Source: a virus. From it: a stretch of 64,000 nt of DNA. Of this stretch, positions 36,847-47,518 are shown in pieces; position 1 is the first letter of the stretch; each line of letters opens with the position of its first letter. Location of the stretch: positions 26,169-90,168 of the IMG/VR virus record IMGVR_UViG_3300021600_000005; one strand, written 5' to 3'. Under the pieces are notes generated by a model. It searched no databases. It had not been told where the DNA came from and saw nothing but the letters and a program-made list of their open reading frames with translations. Made by a program: the position numbers and the translations under genes.

Positions 36847-38166
36847 ATGGGAAATTTAAGACCTATAGGAAGTGAAAAACTCACAGGAATGGAAAAAATT
36901 AATCGTATGATTGAAATTTCAAGATACAATGAGAGCATTCCTAAATCAATCAATGAAGATAAATCAGTTGAATTTAGTAAAACTTTAACTGATGGTAACA
37001 ATTATATCATCCAAAAAGAAAAAAGTGGATACGTAATTAAACGTACTATAACAGAATCAGATTCAAATTATGAGTATATTGAACCTATGAAAAATAGGAA
37101 ATATTATTCTTCATATTCAACAGCGCTAAAAAGGTTGAATCTTATTTCAAATGAAATTAATAAAATTGAAGGTTCTAATGAAAACTTATCTCTTTTTGGA
37201 GAAAGTGATGAATCTACAAAATATTTTTTAAAATTCGGAGAAAAAAACGAACAAACCGCTCCGGCAACAGCTCCAACCCCGGTTCCAGCTCCGGCTCCGG
37301 CTCCAGCACCAGTTCCAGAACCATTACCTACCGAAACCCCTTCACCTGAAGAAGATGAAGATTTAGATTTTGGTGATGAAATCGAAACTGATGATGATGA
37401 TATGTCAAACGACGACGAACCTGTTACATTAAAAACAATTCAAAAATTAACTGGTAAGTTAGCTCAAAAATTAAGAGCGTTTTCTTCAGACGAAGAAAAC
37501 AAAATGTCATCTAACGATGTTAAATACGTAATCAATTCTGTTTTATCAGCGTTAGATTTAAATTCATTAGAAGATGAAGATAAAGAAGAAATTATGTCAA
37601 AATTTGAAGGTGGTGATGAGTTATCAGACGAAGAACCAATGGATAATAATGATATGAATGATGAAGATGACGATACCGATATGGGTGGAGAAGAAGTAAC
37701 TTCTGAACCTCCGGCAAATCCTGAAGGTGAAATGGGCGAATCTAACCATTACCGTTCATTTGATAGTGATGATAATTTTGGACATGATGATTTTGACCAT
37801 AATGAGTTTGACACATACAAAAATTTACATCATAAATACGGTAACAATAAGAGAAATAACCCATTTAAAATGGGTCATCAAATGGATGATATTTTTTCAG
37901 AATCAAAAATTGAAAAAGTATTAAGTAAATATTTTTTATTAAGTAAAGATGAAAAACAATTAAATGAGTCAATTAAAAAAGAAAAAATTAACCTTAATAA
38001 AAAAATAAAAAATTTATCAGAATCTATTAGTCAAGAAGTTGTATCAAGACAAATTATTGAAAAAAACCCAAATGCGAAATTTTTAGGTAAAACTAAAAAA
38101 TCAATTTTGGTTTTTGAAGTAAAAAATCGTAAAATTGGTGTTTCTTCTAATGGTGAAATTATATGA
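36847..38166 (+). CDS. Probable virion/head-associated protein with a Pro-Ala linker and acidic tracts
   Basis: Composition and position upstream of the terminase. Confidence 0.65.
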   Translation: MGNLRPIGSEKLTGMEKINRMIEISRYNESIPKSINEDKSVEFSKTLTDGNNYIIQKEKSGYVIKRTITESDSNYEYIEPMKNRKYYSSYSTALKRLNLISNEINKIEGSNENLSLFGESDESTKYFLKFGEKNEQTAPATAPTPVPAPAPAPAPVPEPLPTETPSPEEDEDLDFGDEIETDDDDMSNDDEPVTLKTIQKLTGKLAQKLRAFSSDEENKMSSNDVKYVINSVLSALDLNSLEDEDKEEIMSKFEGGDELSDEEPMDNNDMNDEDDDTDMGGEEVTSEPPANPEGEMGESNHYRSFDSDDNFGHDDFDHNEFDTYKNLHHKYGNNKRNNPFKMGHQMDDIFSESKIEKVLSKYFLLSKDEKQLNESIKKEKINLNKKIKNLSESISQEVVSRQIIEKNPNAKFLGKTKKSILVFEVKNRKIGVSSNGEII

Positions 38167-38576
38167 GTTATTTAATTTATTTAAATGAATTAGGTCCAAA
38201 CTACAAAGGAGATAATATATACGAATTTATTTTTTCTGATAGTTTAGAAGATGTTTGGGGGGAATCTTGGGAATCAAATCCCGCAAATGGTTACCCACAA
38301 CCACCTGATTTGGAATTAATAAGTAAAGTAGCAGTTTTAAAAAACGACAAATTAAAATTTAATGTAATTCAAAATTCTGATTATTTTTCAATGATTGATT
38401 GTAAAGATGACATTATATCGTTGGGATGGGAAATAGAAAATGAATTTGTTAACTATAGTATTAATAAACGATTATCTTTTAGGTTTGGAGAATCTGAAGA
38501 AATTGTAAAAAATAAACTATATGAAAGAGATATAGTTTTAGAATTTGAAAAAAAAATAACATATGAAAGCAAGTAG
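38163..38576 (+). CDS. Hypothetical protein
   Basis: Translationally coupled ORF. Confidence 0.7.
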   Translation: MSYLIYLNELGPNYKGDNIYEFIFSDSLEDVWGESWESNPANGYPQPPDLELISKVAVLKNDKLKFNVIQNSDYFSMIDCKDDIISLGWEIENEFVNYSINKRLSFRFGESEEIVKNKLYERDIVLEFEKKITYESK

Positions 38577-39579
38577 ACAAATATTAGAACTGATTAATCA
38601 TGGTTTTAAAAGTAATCTTTTAATTAATTTAAATGAAAATCAAATAACTGCCTTACATAATAGATTAGTCGAGGTTAAAAAAGAAAGTAAAGAACAAGTT
38701 ACTCCAGTAGAAAAACCGGCGACAAAAAGTTATAAAATTGGAAATCAAGGGGGTAATATTCCACCAAGCTCGACAGGGTATGATATAACTAAAAGCCCAA
38801 GTGGTGAAATGATGGCAACACCTGAAATGAAAGAAAACAAAAATTTTATACAAAAAGCTAATTCAAAAATTAAAAAAAAAGGAACTGAAGGTAAATTTGG
38901 AGCTTGGTGTAAAAAACAAGGTTTAGATTTTAATGGTGAAGTAACTAAAAAATGTATAGATAAAGCCATGAAATCGGAGGATTCTTCCGTTGTTAAAATG
39001 GCAAATTTTGCAAATAACATTGGTGGGTTTCATAACGCTAAACATAAAAACGACACTAAAAAAGTTGAAAGTAAAGAAGGCTATTCAGACATTTTAAAAT
39101 CAACTTATTCAAGAGCGGTTGGAAATAACATTTCTAAAATGGTACCACATGTTAAATTTGGGGAAAATTTAGAAAAAAAGATTTCTAATTTATTAGAAAA
39201 ACATTTACCGGCAAAAATGAGTAAAAAAGATTTTATTAATCTTATAAATTATAAAAACAATATTTTAGAATCATCTAAGGAAACTGCTCCGGTTAAAACT
39301 CCTCCAAAAGTAAAACCAGGAACAAAACCAAATACTCCAGATACTCCTTACAAACCTAAACCTGGTGTTAAACCAGCTCCTAAGGCAGAAAAGAATGAAA
39401 TGGTTGAAAATGAAACTGCTCCAGTTAAAACTCCACCAAAAGTAAAACCAGGAACAAAACCAAATACCCCAGACACTCCTTACAAACCTAAACCGGGAAC
39501 TAAACCGGCACCTAAAGCTAAAAAGAATAATATGCCAAATTGGTTAACATATTCTTCAATAGGGTTAAATCTTAATTAA
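38563..39579 (+). CDS. Basic protein with a duplicated Pro/Lys-rich module
   Basis: ETAPVKTPPKVKPGTKPNTPDTPYKPKPG occurs twice. Confidence 0.7.
   Translation: MKASRQILELINHGFKSNLLINLNENQITALHNRLVEVKKESKEQVTPVEKPATKSYKIGNQGGNIPPSSTGYDITKSPSGEMMATPEMKENKNFIQKANSKIKKKGTEGKFGAWCKKQGLDFNGEVTKKCIDKAMKSEDSSVVKMANFANNIGGFHNAKHKNDTKKVESKEGYSDILKSTYSRAVGNNISKMVPHVKFGENLEKKISNLLEKHLPAKMSKKDFINLINYKNNILESSKETAPVKTPPKVKPGTKPNTPDTPYKPKPGVKPAPKAEKNEMVENETAPVKTPPKVKPGTKPNTPDTPYKPKPGTKPAPKAKKNNMPNWLTYSSIGLNLN
39280..39527 (+). repeat. Two-copy coding direct repeat, 132-bp period
   Basis: GAAACTGCTCC.GTTAAAACTCC... at 39280 and 39412, with mostly synonymous differences. Confidence 0.9.
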
Positions 39580-39580
39580 T

Positions 39581-40927
39581 ATGAGTTTAAATATAGATAT
39601 GGAAAAAAAAATTAAAGAAAGTCAAGGACTTAAACGTACATTAGTAAACGAAAGTTTAACAAAAAAAGAAAGAAATATTATTAACTCAGTTAAAAAAATG
39701 ATTTCTGAAGCTCCTATTGACTATGAAGGACCTGAAAGAATGGACCCAAATATCGAAAACACAATTACAAAAAAAGAAACCCCATTTCATGGAAACCCGG
39801 CTGTACCTAAAGAAAATCGTGATTTTCTTGAAGTTGTTTCTTCTAAAAGATTTAAAGATTCCGTAGAAAAAGTAAGACGTTATTTAGGAGATACTACTAT
39901 TTTACAAGGAAGAAATCCAGTTAATGATTTAATGCAAATGGCGATGGGTGGTCTTCAAAAAATTATGTCCATAGAATCTAGACATAAAGAATATCTTGAA
40001 AAATTAGCAGTTGAATTAGTTAAAAAAGAATTAGGTATTCCAAAAGGAAGTCTTCAATTTGATGCTAAATTAATACATGGAGGAATGTCAGCCGCTGAAG
40101 GTATGAGAGAAAAACCTGAAGAGCCGGATGAAGAAGAAATTGAAGATGCATTTAAAAATGCTGAAGAAAATCCAAATAAATTAAAAGATTTTGCGGATGA
40201 ATTTGAAAAGTTTAATTTAGAAAAAGCAAAACGAAGATTTATTAATTCTTTAATTCAAGGAGCCGCTTTTAAAGGTGGTCATATGTATGTTTTAATGTCA
40301 GATAAAATAAATCAACTAAACCCAGAATTAATGAACCTTTATGGTGTTACCCAATCATTAATGGAACACTTATATTGGATTTATCCGGATATGGAATCAA
40401 TGGCAGCGTCAGGTGGAGGTCAAATGGGACAATCTGAAATTGACGACGAAACCGACCCCCCAACAGTAATTGCAAGAGCTGGAACTTTTCCATTATTAGT
40501 ACATGAACTTGTTAAAGGTGTTTATGAAGTATTTGGTACACATGGTTTACCTGATGACCCTAAACAATCTGAAATGGTTCAAGGGGCTGAAGATACTTTA
40601 CCTGCAGAAATATGGGATTCTAGATTAGGTCCAATATTTTGGGAAAAATTGCAAGACACATATCCTGACGAACTTTTTGAAGAAGACACTAAATTTATTC
40701 AACATTATTTATTTGTTCGTTTTTCAAAAATTTCAGCGAAAGATTTTTTAAAATTAGCAAACTCAATTTTAAAAGGAGATAGTGCTGGTAAACAAGCCAT
40801 CCAAAGAATGGTAAATGAAATTATTGCAGATTTAAAAAAACAAGATTTAGAACAAGCATTAGGGTCTAGTAACGATGACAATGACGATGACGTTGATGAT
40901 GTTGACTTATCTTCATTAGGGCTGTAG
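39581..40927 (+). CDS. Hypothetical protein upstream of the terminase
   Basis: 448-aa ORF; KRRFINSLIQG, LVHELVKG. Confidence 0.75.
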   Translation: MSLNIDMEKKIKESQGLKRTLVNESLTKKERNIINSVKKMISEAPIDYEGPERMDPNIENTITKKETPFHGNPAVPKENRDFLEVVSSKRFKDSVEKVRRYLGDTTILQGRNPVNDLMQMAMGGLQKIMSIESRHKEYLEKLAVELVKKELGIPKGSLQFDAKLIHGGMSAAEGMREKPEEPDEEEIEDAFKNAEENPNKLKDFADEFEKFNLEKAKRRFINSLIQGAAFKGGHMYVLMSDKINQLNPELMNLYGVTQSLMEHLYWIYPDMESMAASGGGQMGQSEIDDETDPPTVIARAGTFPLLVHELVKGVYEVFGTHGLPDDPKQSEMVQGAEDTLPAEIWDSRLGPIFWEKLQDTYPDELFEEDTKFIQHYLFVRFSKISAKDFLKLANSILKGDSAGKQAIQRMVNEIIADLKKQDLEQALGSSNDDNDDDVDDVDLSSLGL

Positions 40928-40943
40928 TATATTACTACAAATT

Positions 40944-42713
40944 ATGTCTAATTTATCTAAAGAACAAGTTATTATGGAATACATACGATGTATGAGGGAC
41001 ACCCCTTATGCGTTAAAAACGTATTTACAGACTTACGACAATACGGTTTCAAAATACGTTCCATTAGAGTTATTTCCAGACCAAATATCGTTATTAACAG
41101 ATTATGAAAATTTTAACGAAAACATTGCTTTAAAATACAGACAAGCCGGAGTATCTACAGTTACCGCTGCCTGGGCCTCAAAAATAATTTCATTTGCTAA
41201 AAAAGAAAAACCTGAAAAAGTTCTTATAATTGCTAACAAACTTGATACTTCTCAAGAAATGGCAAACAAAATTAGAGCCTTTGTAGGACAGTGGCCACAA
41301 TGGGTTGGGATTGATTTTGCAAAAGAAAAAGATTCTCAAAAACATTTTAAATTAACTAACGGATGTGAAGTTAAAGCGGTTGCAACATCAAAAGATGCGT
41401 TACGTGGATTTACCCCAACAATTCTTATTTTTGACGAGGCCGCCTTTATTGAAGCGGATAATGATTTTTGGGCGGCTTGTATGGCATCACTTTCTACCGG
41501 TGGTAAAGTTATTGTGGTTTCAACACCTAATGGTTATGACGCAATTTATTATGAAATTTATGACCAAGCGTTAAGAAATATGAACGATTTTAAAATTTCT
41601 GAAATGTTTTGGTTTCGTGACCCTAGATACACTAAAGATTTATATTTGGTTAAAACAAACGATATTATTCATTATTTGTTAAATAAAGAAGAATATCCTA
41701 CAGATAATATTATTAGTTGGGAAAAGATTCCTTTTTTAAAAAGAGATTATACTGACTTAAAAATTATAATGGACAGCGGTTATAAACCATCATCTTCTTG
41801 GTTTGAAGGTATGGTTAAAAAACTTAAATACGATAAAAGAAAAGTATCACAAGAATTAGAATGCAATTTTCTTGGGTCCGGAGATAATGTATTTGATTCT
41901 ACCTTATTATTAAAAATTAGAGAAAATTATATTAGAGAACCTCAAAACAAAATGATGGGGAACGCTCTTTGGATATGGAAAGAACCTGTTATTGGTAATA
42001 AATACGTAATGGGTGTTGACGTAAGCAGAGGGGATAGTGAAGATTTTAGTTCGTTTCAAATTATTGATTTTGATACAAGAGAACAAGTTGCGGAATACGT
42101 TGGAAAACTACCTCCAGACACAATGGCCGAAGTTTGTTATAAATGGGCCAATATGTATTCTTGTTTTGTTGTAATAGATATAACTGGAGGAATGGGAGTT
42201 TCAACAGCTAGAAAAATGCAAGAACTTGGTTATAAAAATTTATATGTTGATGGTGTTGATGTTAATAATAAATGGAAATACGATTCTAAAATAGGAGAAA
42301 AAATTCCAGGAATAAATTTTAATAATAAACGAGTTCAAATTATTGCCGCATTTGAAGAATCAATGAGACATGAATTTAAAATTTATAGTTCTCGTTTATT
42401 CAATGAAATGAATACGTTTATTTATATTAGTGGTAGACCTGACCATCAAAAAGGACACCATGATGATTTAATTATGTCTATTTCAATGGCTTGTTATGTT
42501 GCCGAATCGTCATTTTCAAATTTAACAAAAGTTACTGAACACACAAAAGCCATGTTAGAGTCTTGGTCTGTTAGTAATAATGATTTTCAAACTAATTTAT
42601 TGTCCTTTAATCCGGTAATTCCAAATTTACAAGAAAAAATTAACCAAACTAACTCACAAAATGTTTCTAAAGACGATTATATGAAATATGGTTGGTTATT
42701 TGGTAAAAGGTAA
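40944..42713 (+). CDS. gp17: Terminase large subunit (T4 gp17-like)
   Basis: KYRQAGVST Walker A, ILIFDEAAF Walker B, VSTPNG, QELEC.F, GVDVSRG, HDDLIMS. Confidence 0.95.
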   Translation: MSNLSKEQVIMEYIRCMRDTPYALKTYLQTYDNTVSKYVPLELFPDQISLLTDYENFNENIALKYRQAGVSTVTAAWASKIISFAKKEKPEKVLIIANKLDTSQEMANKIRAFVGQWPQWVGIDFAKEKDSQKHFKLTNGCEVKAVATSKDALRGFTPTILIFDEAAFIEADNDFWAACMASLSTGGKVIVVSTPNGYDAIYYEIYDQALRNMNDFKISEMFWFRDPRYTKDLYLVKTNDIIHYLLNKEEYPTDNIISWEKIPFLKRDYTDLKIIMDSGYKPSSSWFEGMVKKLKYDKRKVSQELECNFLGSGDNVFDSTLLLKIRENYIREPQNKMMGNALWIWKEPVIGNKYVMGVDVSRGDSEDFSSFQIIDFDTREQVAEYVGKLPPDTMAEVCYKWANMYSCFVVIDITGGMGVSTARKMQELGYKNLYVDGVDVNNKWKYDSKIGEKIPGINFNNKRVQIIAAFEESMRHEFKIYSSRLFNEMNTFIYISGRPDHQKGHHDDLIMSISMACYVAESSFSNLTKVTEHTKAMLESWSVSNNDFQTNLLSFNPVIPNLQEKINQTNSQNVSKDDYMKYGWLFGKR

Positions 42714-42736
42714 TGTTATTGTTATGGGATTAACGG
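42684..42736 (+). repeat. Left copy of a ~53-bp direct repeat flanking the hydrolase gene
   Basis: AAATATGGTTGGTTATTTGGTAAAAGGTAATGTTATTGTTATGGGATTAACGG. Confidence 0.9.
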
Positions 42737-42819
42737 AGCCCAAACTTGTTAGTATATTTTTAAATAACTAAGTTTTTTTTATTATGGTATATTTATAATA
42801 AAACTAAAATTAGTTTGAA

Positions 42820-44415
42820 ATGAAAAATTTGATTAATGAGGAAATAATTAGGGTTAAAGAATTAATGGGAATCCTCAATGAGAATATTACTGTTAATATT
42901 CCAGAAATTATTAAATCTAAATTAAGGTCGGTTGAAACAAAATACAATGTTAAAATTACCGATACCAATGTTAACGACGAGTTAAATCAAGAAAATCAAT
43001 ACTACGAAGATAATGGTGGTGAGGACACAAAGGCAAGAGAACAAATAGATAAGTTAGTTAGTAAACTTAAACAAACTTTCCCAAAGATTAATAAAGGAGT
43101 TGTTTCTGCATATAGAAGTTATGATAAACAAGTTGATACTTTTGGTAGTAACATCGCAAGAGATGGTGGAGTTAGTAAAAGACAAAAATATTCAGCGTTA
43201 CCAGGATTTTCACAACATCATACAGGTAAAACTTTTGATATTGTAAGCGTTGAACCTAGTTGGTGGAATAAAAACTCTGATGTTAAAAAATGGGTTGTTA
43301 ATAACTGTGGTGACTTTGGTTTTAAAATATCATATCCGATTGATGGGGTTTTACGTAAAGCTGAACCTTGGCATTTATATTATGTAGGGGGAGAATCAAG
43401 TGGTTCAATTATTACCAAACAAACTATATTAAATACAAAGGTTGATGATTATTATTCAAGTGATAAAGTTGACCCAAAATTAGAAAAAGAAACAGTTAAA
43501 CAATTTAAGAAAGTTGGTTGTAATTCAACCAAAGAGTATAGTGAATCTCCCACATTTGATGAGATAATGAAAAATGATTCAAAAGTTATTAGAATTGGAC
43601 ATAAAGGAAAACCTGTAACCGAACTACAAACAATACTTAATGGTTTGGGTTATGATTTAGGTAAGTGTGGTATTGATGGTTTATTTGGTCCAAAGACTAA
43701 AAAAGCTCTAGAACAATTCCAATCAGATAAAGAATTAAACGTATCATCATCAGTTAATAAAGAAACGTTAGATAAGTTAAAGAATCCTGGTGAAAAAATA
43801 AAATCTATAATACCAAAGGAAAATAATAATAGTGAGGTTTCTGCCGATGTAACAAATGACAACGAGTATTCAATTATTAAATCGGACTACAAGGGTAAAA
43901 ATGTCCACGTATTATTTGGTGGGGCTAGTACTTCATCATATAATAAAGGCGGAGCGAACCCTCAAGCAATTCAAAAGTATGTTAAATTTTTAAAACCATA
44001 TAGTAATAACGCAATAATTGTTATTACCCATCATATGAATACCCTTGACAATGTTCGTAAGTATGTTAAAGAAAAGTTTGATGGGGCGGATGTAACATCT
44101 ATTGCAGGGTTCTCACAAGGAGGTAGAGAAACTTGGGAACATGCTGATGATTCATCATTAAAGTTGGTAGGTTTAATTGACCCATCAACATATAAAACAG
44201 ATGTAACATTTGGGGCAAACACTTATTTAGTTTGTGACCCAAACAACTGGGGGTCTAACGGATTCTACGGAGCTGTTAAAAATAGATTAATGTGGTATTG
44301 TAAAAATAAAGACGAATCAAAGTATGTTGGACATGTTGAATGTACAAAAGGTATACAACATATGAATTTTGCTATCTTGGAATACTTTTACCAAAAGTAC
44401 GGGTCTAAAATATAA
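42820..44415 (+). CDS. M15B (VanY-like) peptidase with PG-binding and alpha/beta-hydrolase-like domains
   Basis: SAYRSYDKQ, PGFSQHHTG..FD, EPWH; GIDGLFGPKT..AL..FQ; GFSQGG. Confidence 0.85.
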   Translation: MKNLINEEIIRVKELMGILNENITVNIPEIIKSKLRSVETKYNVKITDTNVNDELNQENQYYEDNGGEDTKAREQIDKLVSKLKQTFPKINKGVVSAYRSYDKQVDTFGSNIARDGGVSKRQKYSALPGFSQHHTGKTFDIVSVEPSWWNKNSDVKKWVVNNCGDFGFKISYPIDGVLRKAEPWHLYYVGGESSGSIITKQTILNTKVDDYYSSDKVDPKLEKETVKQFKKVGCNSTKEYSESPTFDEIMKNDSKVIRIGHKGKPVTELQTILNGLGYDLGKCGIDGLFGPKTKKALEQFQSDKELNVSSSVNKETLDKLKNPGEKIKSIIPKENNNSEVSADVTNDNEYSIIKSDYKGKNVHVLFGGASTSSYNKGGANPQAIQKYVKFLKPYSNNAIIVITHHMNTLDNVRKYVKEKFDGADVTSIAGFSQGGRETWEHADDSSLKLVGLIDPSTYKTDVTFGANTYLVCDPNNWGSNGFYGAVKNRLMWYCKNKDESKYVGHVECTKGIQHMNFAILEYFYQKYGSKI

Positions 44416-44468
44416 AATATGGTTGGTTATTTAGTAAAAGGTAATATTTATTGTTATGGGATTAACGG
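44415..44468 (+). repeat. Right copy of the direct repeat
   Basis: AAATATGGTTGGTTATTTAGTAAAAGGTAATATTTATTGTTATGGGATTAACGG. Confidence 0.9.
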
Positions 44469-44602
44469 CAAGAAAAAAATCTGGTAAAAAAATAGGGGGT
44501 AGTAAATTAATTGTTCCAGGACAAAACGTACAAACGTTTAATGTTAGTGGCAATGTAAATGGACAAGGAACAGGTCAAAATAATGTAAGCCCAAAAAAAT
44601 AA
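44456..44602 (+). CDS. 48-aa basic protein (absent from the ORF track)
   Basis: MGLTARKKSGKKIGGSKLIVPGQ...; TATTTAT just upstream. Confidence 0.6.
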   Translation: MGLTARKKSGKKIGGSKLIVPGQNVQTFNVSGNVNGQGTGQNNVSPKK

Positions 44603-44660
44603 AAATAACTGAATAAGTTAAACTATTTAATTAATAATATTAAAGGTTAAATTTTAAGGG

Positions 44661-46496
44661 ATGGAAAATAACAATAAAAATAAAATGACAGTTTGGCAAA
44701 GGTTACAAAACGCTTTTGGACCAAACGCTTTACTAAATCAAGACTACCCGACTTATAAATTTGATAAAAAAGAACTTCTTAAAACTAACTCAAAAGAAGA
44801 ATACGAAAAAGAAAAATTACAAGCCCAACAAACTTTCTATTTGTCTAATCAATGGACTAAAATTGAAAGTAATCTTTATACTCAGGCCGTTTATTATGAG
44901 CCAACCCGTTTAGCATCATTTTATGATTACGAATCTATGGAATACACACCCGAAATTTCTGCGGCGTTAGACATTTATGGTGAAGAATCAACAACTGTTG
45001 ACCAAAATGGATATATGTTACAAATCTATTCTGAATCAAAACGTATTAAATCAATATTAACAGATTTATTTAATAATTCATTAGATATTAACACAAATTT
45101 ACCAATGTGGACAAGAAACACCTGCAAGTATGGTGATAATTTTGTTTATTTAAAATTAGATTCTACTAAAGGGATTGTCGGATGTATGCAACTTCCAAAT
45201 ATTGAAATTGAACGTTTAGAAAGAGGGTTAGCAGTTAAAGCACATAATGTTGAAGAACTTCCTGAAAATAAAGGATTGAGATTTAAATGGAAAACTAAAG
45301 ACATGGAGTTTAATTCTTGGGAAATTGCTCACTTTAGATTATTAGGCGACGATAGAAAATTACCGTACGGTACTTCAATGTTAGAAAAAGCCAGACGTAT
45401 TTGGAAACAATTATTACTTTCGGAAGATGCTATGTTAATATATAGAACATCAAGAGCGCCTGAAAGAAGGGTATTTAAAGTGTTTGTTGGTAATATGGAT
45501 GATAAAGACGTTGAAGGATATGTTCAACGTGTGGCAAATAAGTTTAAACGAGACCAAGTTGTTGATTCAAAAACCGGAAACGTTGACATGAGATTTAATC
45601 AAATGGCAGTTGACCAAGATTATTTTATACCAGTTAGAGACCCCGCACAAGCATCTCCAATAGAAACTTTACCAGGAGCAACTAATCTATCTGAAATTGC
45701 CGATATTGAGTACATTCAAAAGAAATTAGTTACCGCTCTTAGAGTTCCTAAAGCGTTTTTAGGTTTTGAAGAACCAGTTGGTGGAGGTAAAGATTTAGCG
45801 TTAATGGATATTAGATTTGCAAGAACTATTAATAGAATACAAAAATGTATGATTGCGGAAATGAATAAAATTGCAATTATTCATTTATTTTTATTAGGAT
45901 TTGAAGATGAATTATCAAATTTTACAATAGGTCTTACTAACCCTTCAACACAAGCTGACTTATTAAAGATTGACGCAATGAAAGAAAAAATGTTGCTTTA
46001 CAAGGACGCTGTAGCCGCTTCCCAGGAAGGAATCGCTCCTGTATCAGCAACTTGGGCTAAAAAACACATTCTTAATTTTTCAGATGAAGAAATTAAATTA
46101 GATTTACAACAACAAAGGATTGAAAGAGCCGTTGGAGCTGAATTAATTAATACCGCAACAATCATTACCCATACCGGTGTTTTTGATAATATTGACAAAT
46201 TATATGGTAATAAAAAACCAGGCAGTCCAGAAGCCGCAACATCAACACCACCTCCAGGACCTGAAGGTGGAGCTCCTGAAGGAGGAGGAGCGCCTGAAGG
46301 AGAAATGCCACCACCACCTGGACCACCTCCTGGAGGACCGGCAGGAGTAACACCTGAATCATTCCAAAAAGATAATTTAAAAATTTTACTTGAAAGTGAA
46401 AACTTAACTGATGACGATTCATTTATTGATTTGTCAAGAGGTAAAAATCAACTTGGAGAAATGTCAAATGAATTGAACAGAATCTTAGGTGACTAA
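44661..46496 (+). CDS. gp20: Portal protein (T4 gp20-like)
   Basis: PEI.AALDI, IAHFR, YGTSMLEKAR, EDAMLIYR.SRAPERRVF, DYFIP, IETLPG. Confidence 0.95.
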   Translation: MENNNKNKMTVWQRLQNAFGPNALLNQDYPTYKFDKKELLKTNSKEEYEKEKLQAQQTFYLSNQWTKIESNLYTQAVYYEPTRLASFYDYESMEYTPEISAALDIYGEESTTVDQNGYMLQIYSESKRIKSILTDLFNNSLDINTNLPMWTRNTCKYGDNFVYLKLDSTKGIVGCMQLPNIEIERLERGLAVKAHNVEELPENKGLRFKWKTKDMEFNSWEIAHFRLLGDDRKLPYGTSMLEKARRIWKQLLLSEDAMLIYRTSRAPERRVFKVFVGNMDDKDVEGYVQRVANKFKRDQVVDSKTGNVDMRFNQMAVDQDYFIPVRDPAQASPIETLPGATNLSEIADIEYIQKKLVTALRVPKAFLGFEEPVGGGKDLALMDIRFARTINRIQKCMIAEMNKIAIIHLFLLGFEDELSNFTIGLTNPSTQADLLKIDAMKEKMLLYKDAVAASQEGIAPVSATWAKKHILNFSDEEIKLDLQQQRIERAVGAELINTATIITHTGVFDNIDKLYGNKKPGSPEAATSTPPPGPEGGAPEGGGAPEGEMPPPPGPPPGGPAGVTPESFQKDNLKILLESENLTDDDSFIDLSRGKNQLGEMSNELNRILGD

Positions 46497-46517
46497 TATT
46501 TATTAAATAAAAAAAAG

Positions 46518-47234
46518 ATGAAAATAGGAATTTTAAAATCAAACGTAGATAAGTTTTTAACTGAATCATATTCAAAAGGAACTTTTAAAAACGAAGTTAT
46601 TAATTTTAATAAATTAGTATTAACTAAAAAAAATGTTGCAAAATTATTTTATATTTATGATGATTTAAAAACCAATAAAGGTCTTAATGAGTCTATTGCA
46701 ACTGAATATTTAAACGAAACAATTTTTTCATTTGAAAGTACTTTAAAAAAAGTAAAACAAAGTGATTTAGAAAAAATTAAAAAATGGGTAGGAAAAACAA
46801 ATTCAATTAATTCTTATTCTGAAGTCGATTATTTATTATATCCAACACTTTCAAAGTTAGAAGAAAAAATAGAATCAAAAAAAATAATTATTGAAACTCT
46901 TAAACAATCCCCAGTGGTTGAAAATAAAGAACTTATAAATTTACCAATGCAAACAATGGTAAATGTGGCAAATAGAACTATTTCAAATTATATTGATAAT
47001 TTAAACGAATCTGAAAAAGATGAATTATTTAAATTTTTATCAATGGATAATTCCGAGTTAAATAATAAATTTAACGATTTAAAAGAAAACATTAAAACAA
47101 AGTTATCAGTTTTAAATGAATCTTCTGACGAAGAAACAAATAAGAAAATTAACGAAACTTTGCAAATGGTTGAATCAGAAAAATGTGAGTTAATTAATTT
47201 TTTTAAACTTAAAAATCTTAACGATAGTCTTTAA
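46518..47234 (+). CDS. Head-module hypothetical protein
   Basis: Follows the portal gene; repeated LNES motifs. Confidence 0.7.
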   Translation: MKIGILKSNVDKFLTESYSKGTFKNEVINFNKLVLTKKNVAKLFYIYDDLKTNKGLNESIATEYLNETIFSFESTLKKVKQSDLEKIKKWVGKTNSINSYSEVDYLLYPTLSKLEEKIESKKIIIETLKQSPVVENKELINLPMQTMVNVANRTISNYIDNLNESEKDELFKFLSMDNSELNNKFNDLKENIKTKLSVLNESSDEETNKKINETLQMVESEKCELINFFKLKNLNDSL

Positions 47235-47425
47235 ATTTCGTTACTAGTTTTTAATTTCTGAATATATTTCGCCTTTAAAATTTGTTTTCTTTTAATTACC
47301 GACTTTTTTTCAAATTTTTTCCTGGAAATTAATTCATTATTTTGTTTAATTTTTATAAGTTTACTCTTATAAAGTCTTAAAGCTTTTTCAATTGAAATGT
47401 TTTTATCTAATTTAATGATTATCAT
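47231..47425 (-). CDS. rpsU: Ribosomal protein bS21 homolog
   Basis: I...SIEKALR.YK.K......EL..RK.FEKKSV.KR matches the bS21 consensus; antisense within the head module. Confidence 0.85.
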   Translation of the reverse strand: MIIIKLDKNISIEKALRLYKSKLIKIKQNNELISRKKFEKKSVIKRKQILKAKYIQKLKTSNEI

Positions 47426-47518
47426 ATATTACATATAGTCTATTTTATTAATTTTTTTGACTATGAGTACAAATATACTTACTTTTTTGTTAATAAACGA
47501 AAAAAAATATGGATACTA

